From an uncultured SAR86 cluster bacterium (GTDB lineage Bacteria > Pseudomonadota > Gammaproteobacteria > Magnimaribacterales > AG-339-G14): a stretch of 64,000 nt of DNA. Below are positions 62,194 through 64,000 of the stretch, piece after piece. The stretch covers positions 178,036 through 242,035 of the forward strand of contig CABZIF010000001.1 in NCBI GenBank assembly GCA_902525735.1, in the 5' to 3' direction. The notes under the pieces are model-generated. The model did no database searches, had not been told where the DNA came from, and saw nothing but the letters and a program-made list of their open reading frames with translations. Position numbers and translations under genes: made by a program. The first letter of the stretch is position 1, and every line of letters starts with the position of its first letter.

Positions 62194-63654
62194 ATGGAAA
62201 ATGAATTTGATGTAGTTGTTGTTGGTGCGGGAATTTCCGGAATCGGAGCTGGAGCTCATTTGAACTTAAAATGTCCTGATCAAAGCTATGTAATTTTAGA
62301 AGGCAGAGAAAAATTTGGAGGAACTTGGGATCTATTCAAATACCCTGGAATAAGATCAGATTCTGACATGCATACTCTTGGGTATTCGTTTAAACCTTGG
62401 GTGCATAAAAAATCTATCGCCAATGCACCTGCAATCATGGAATACCTTGAAGAGACAATTGATGAATACGAATTACACCAACATATTAGATACAATCATC
62501 ATGTTGAAACAGCTAATTGGTGTCCTAAAGAAGGTAAATGGATAGTTTCAGTCACTGATAAAGTTAATAACAAAGCAATTACTTTTAAAGGCAAATTGCT
62601 TTACATGTGTTCTGGATACTATAAGTATGCTCACGGATATGAGCCAGAATTCGAAGGATCAGAAAATTTTGAAGGGCAGATTATCCATCCTCAAAAATGG
62701 TCAGAAGATGTTGAGTATGAAAATAAAGAAGTTGTAGTTATCGGAAGTGGAGCTACTGCTGCAACTTTAGTCCCTGAATTGGCAAAAAAAACGAAACATA
62801 CAACTATGCTTCAAAGATCTCCTACCTATTTTGTTTCTGCTCCCGATGAAGATTATCTAGCTAATAACCTAAGAAGGTTTATTCCTGACAGGTTGGCTTA
62901 TTTTCTTATAAGAATAAGAAACATTTCTTGGCAACGATTCTTTTTTAAGAGAGCAAGAGCTTATCCTGAACAAGTAAAAGAGCGAATTCTTAACATGGTC
63001 AAAGAAGAACTACCTGAAGATATAGTAAATGAACATTTTACCCCTTCTTATAATCCTTGGGATCAAAGAATATGCCTCATACCAAATAGTGATTTTTTTG
63101 AGTCTATAAAGGCTAAGACTTCCTCTGTTGTTACTGATCATATTGAAAAAATAGAAGAGAAAGGAATCAGGTTGAAATCAGGAAAGTTTTTACCGGCAGA
63201 CTTAATCGTTACCGCAACTGGTTTAATATTGGAATCTTTTGGTGGAGTTAAGATGAGTGTTGATGATAAACCTATTGAAGCTTCCGATACTTATACATAC
63301 AGAAGTCTTATGTATAGTGGCATCCCCAATCTTGTAAGTTGTTTCGGTTACATTAATGCCTCTTGGACATTGAAAGCTGATCTTACAAGTGAATACGTTT
63401 GTCGTTTAATTAAACATATGAAGAAAAATGATTTTGAAGTTGTATGTCCAAAATTTGAAGTTGATATTGAAGAATCTGATGACTTTTTAAATGGTTTTTC
63501 ATCTGGTTATATTAAAAGGGCTGCTGATGCTCAACCAAAGCAAGGTAAAGAGAAACCTTGGATTAATCTTCAAGACTACTTCAAAGACTGGATAGATATA
63601 AAGTATAAGAAGTTGGATGATGGTTATCTTAATTTTTCTAAATTAGAAAAATAA
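62194..63654 (+). CDS. FAD-dependent Baeyer-Villiger monooxygenase (EthA-like)
   Basis: GAGISG, GGTWDLFKYPGIRSDSDM, FEGQIIHPQKW, GSGATA. Confidence 0.92.
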   Translation: MENEFDVVVVGAGISGIGAGAHLNLKCPDQSYVILEGREKFGGTWDLFKYPGIRSDSDMHTLGYSFKPWVHKKSIANAPAIMEYLEETIDEYELHQHIRYNHHVETANWCPKEGKWIVSVTDKVNNKAITFKGKLLYMCSGYYKYAHGYEPEFEGSENFEGQIIHPQKWSEDVEYENKEVVVIGSGATAATLVPELAKKTKHTTMLQRSPTYFVSAPDEDYLANNLRRFIPDRLAYFLIRIRNISWQRFFFKRARAYPEQVKERILNMVKEELPEDIVNEHFTPSYNPWDQRICLIPNSDFFESIKAKTSSVVTDHIEKIEEKGIRLKSGKFLPADLIVTATGLILESFGGVKMSVDDKPIEASDTYTYRSLMYSGIPNLVSCFGYINASWTLKADLTSEYVCRLIKHMKKNDFEVVCPKFEVDIEESDDFLNGFSSGYIKRAADAQPKQGKEKPWINLQDYFKDWIDIKYKKLDDGYLNFSKLEK

Positions 63655-63724
63655 AAATTTATAACAATTTCAAAGAGGCATTTCCATGACCTAGGATTCT
63701 CTCCAAATCATATTTCTCAAAAAA

Positions 63725-64000
63725 ATGAACTCTACACACCTCAAAAAGACCAACATTTTAGGTAAAACTCTGCCTGAGATGGAAGAGCTTTTGGTTAATC
63801 TTGGTCAGAAGTCATACAGAGCTAAACAAATTTTAAAATGGATTCACCAAAGAGGGATTTGTAATTTTGATGATATGACAGACTTGTCCAAAGAACTAAG
63901 AAACATTATGCAGGATAATTTTATCATTGAAGCACCTAAGATTTCTTACGAAGAACTTTCTGAAGATGGAACAAAAAAATGGATTTTGGATGTAGGAAAC
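63725..64000 (+). CDS. rlmN: 23S rRNA/tRNA m2A methyltransferase RlmN (5' part, cut by window edge)
   Basis: MNSTHLKKTNILG...YRAKQILKWIHQRG..NFDDMTDLSKELR...SEDGTKKW. Confidence 0.9.
   Translation, partial: MNSTHLKKTNILGKTLPEMEELLVNLGQKSYRAKQILKWIHQRGICNFDDMTDLSKELRNIMQDNFIIEAPKISYEELSEDGTKKWILDVGN

Noticed and set aside
63655-63724. 70-nt spacer before rlmN as a possible ncRNA
   Set aside because: No convincing stem or known riboswitch motif.

Overview
AT-rich, very gene-dense chromosomal segment of a streamlined gammaproteobacterium. The gene set and style suggest a marine SAR86-like lineage (inference). It contains the end of a type II secretion operon (gspLMN), housekeeping genes (pdxJ, grxD, lpxH, ppiB, cysS, uvrB, purL, alaS, lysC, hisI, smc-zipA-ligA, partial rlmN), a full ccmA-I cytochrome c maturation operon, many lipid/CoA catabolic enzymes, an RND pump, an orphan Wzi-like protein and four tRNAs (Asn-GTT, Ser-GCT, Arg-CCT, Leu-TAG). 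No CRISPR array, rRNA, prophage or intact mobile element was seen. Main observations: (1) an 810-aa SMC in the canonical smc-zipA-ligA locus with intact ATPase heads but no recognisable hinge domain; (2) a SAM-II riboswitch upstream of metY with a terminator/antiterminator platform; (3) purL split by a +1 frameshift in an A8 run; (4) a 34-codon integrase-tail-like relic near tRNA-Leu; (5) a PhrB-type photolyase lacking the Fe-S cysteines, coupled to a tiny 4-Cys DUF2256 gene; (6) a Cas4/AddB-like nuclease starting 8 nt behind tRNA-Asn. All protein calls are by motif recognition, not database search.
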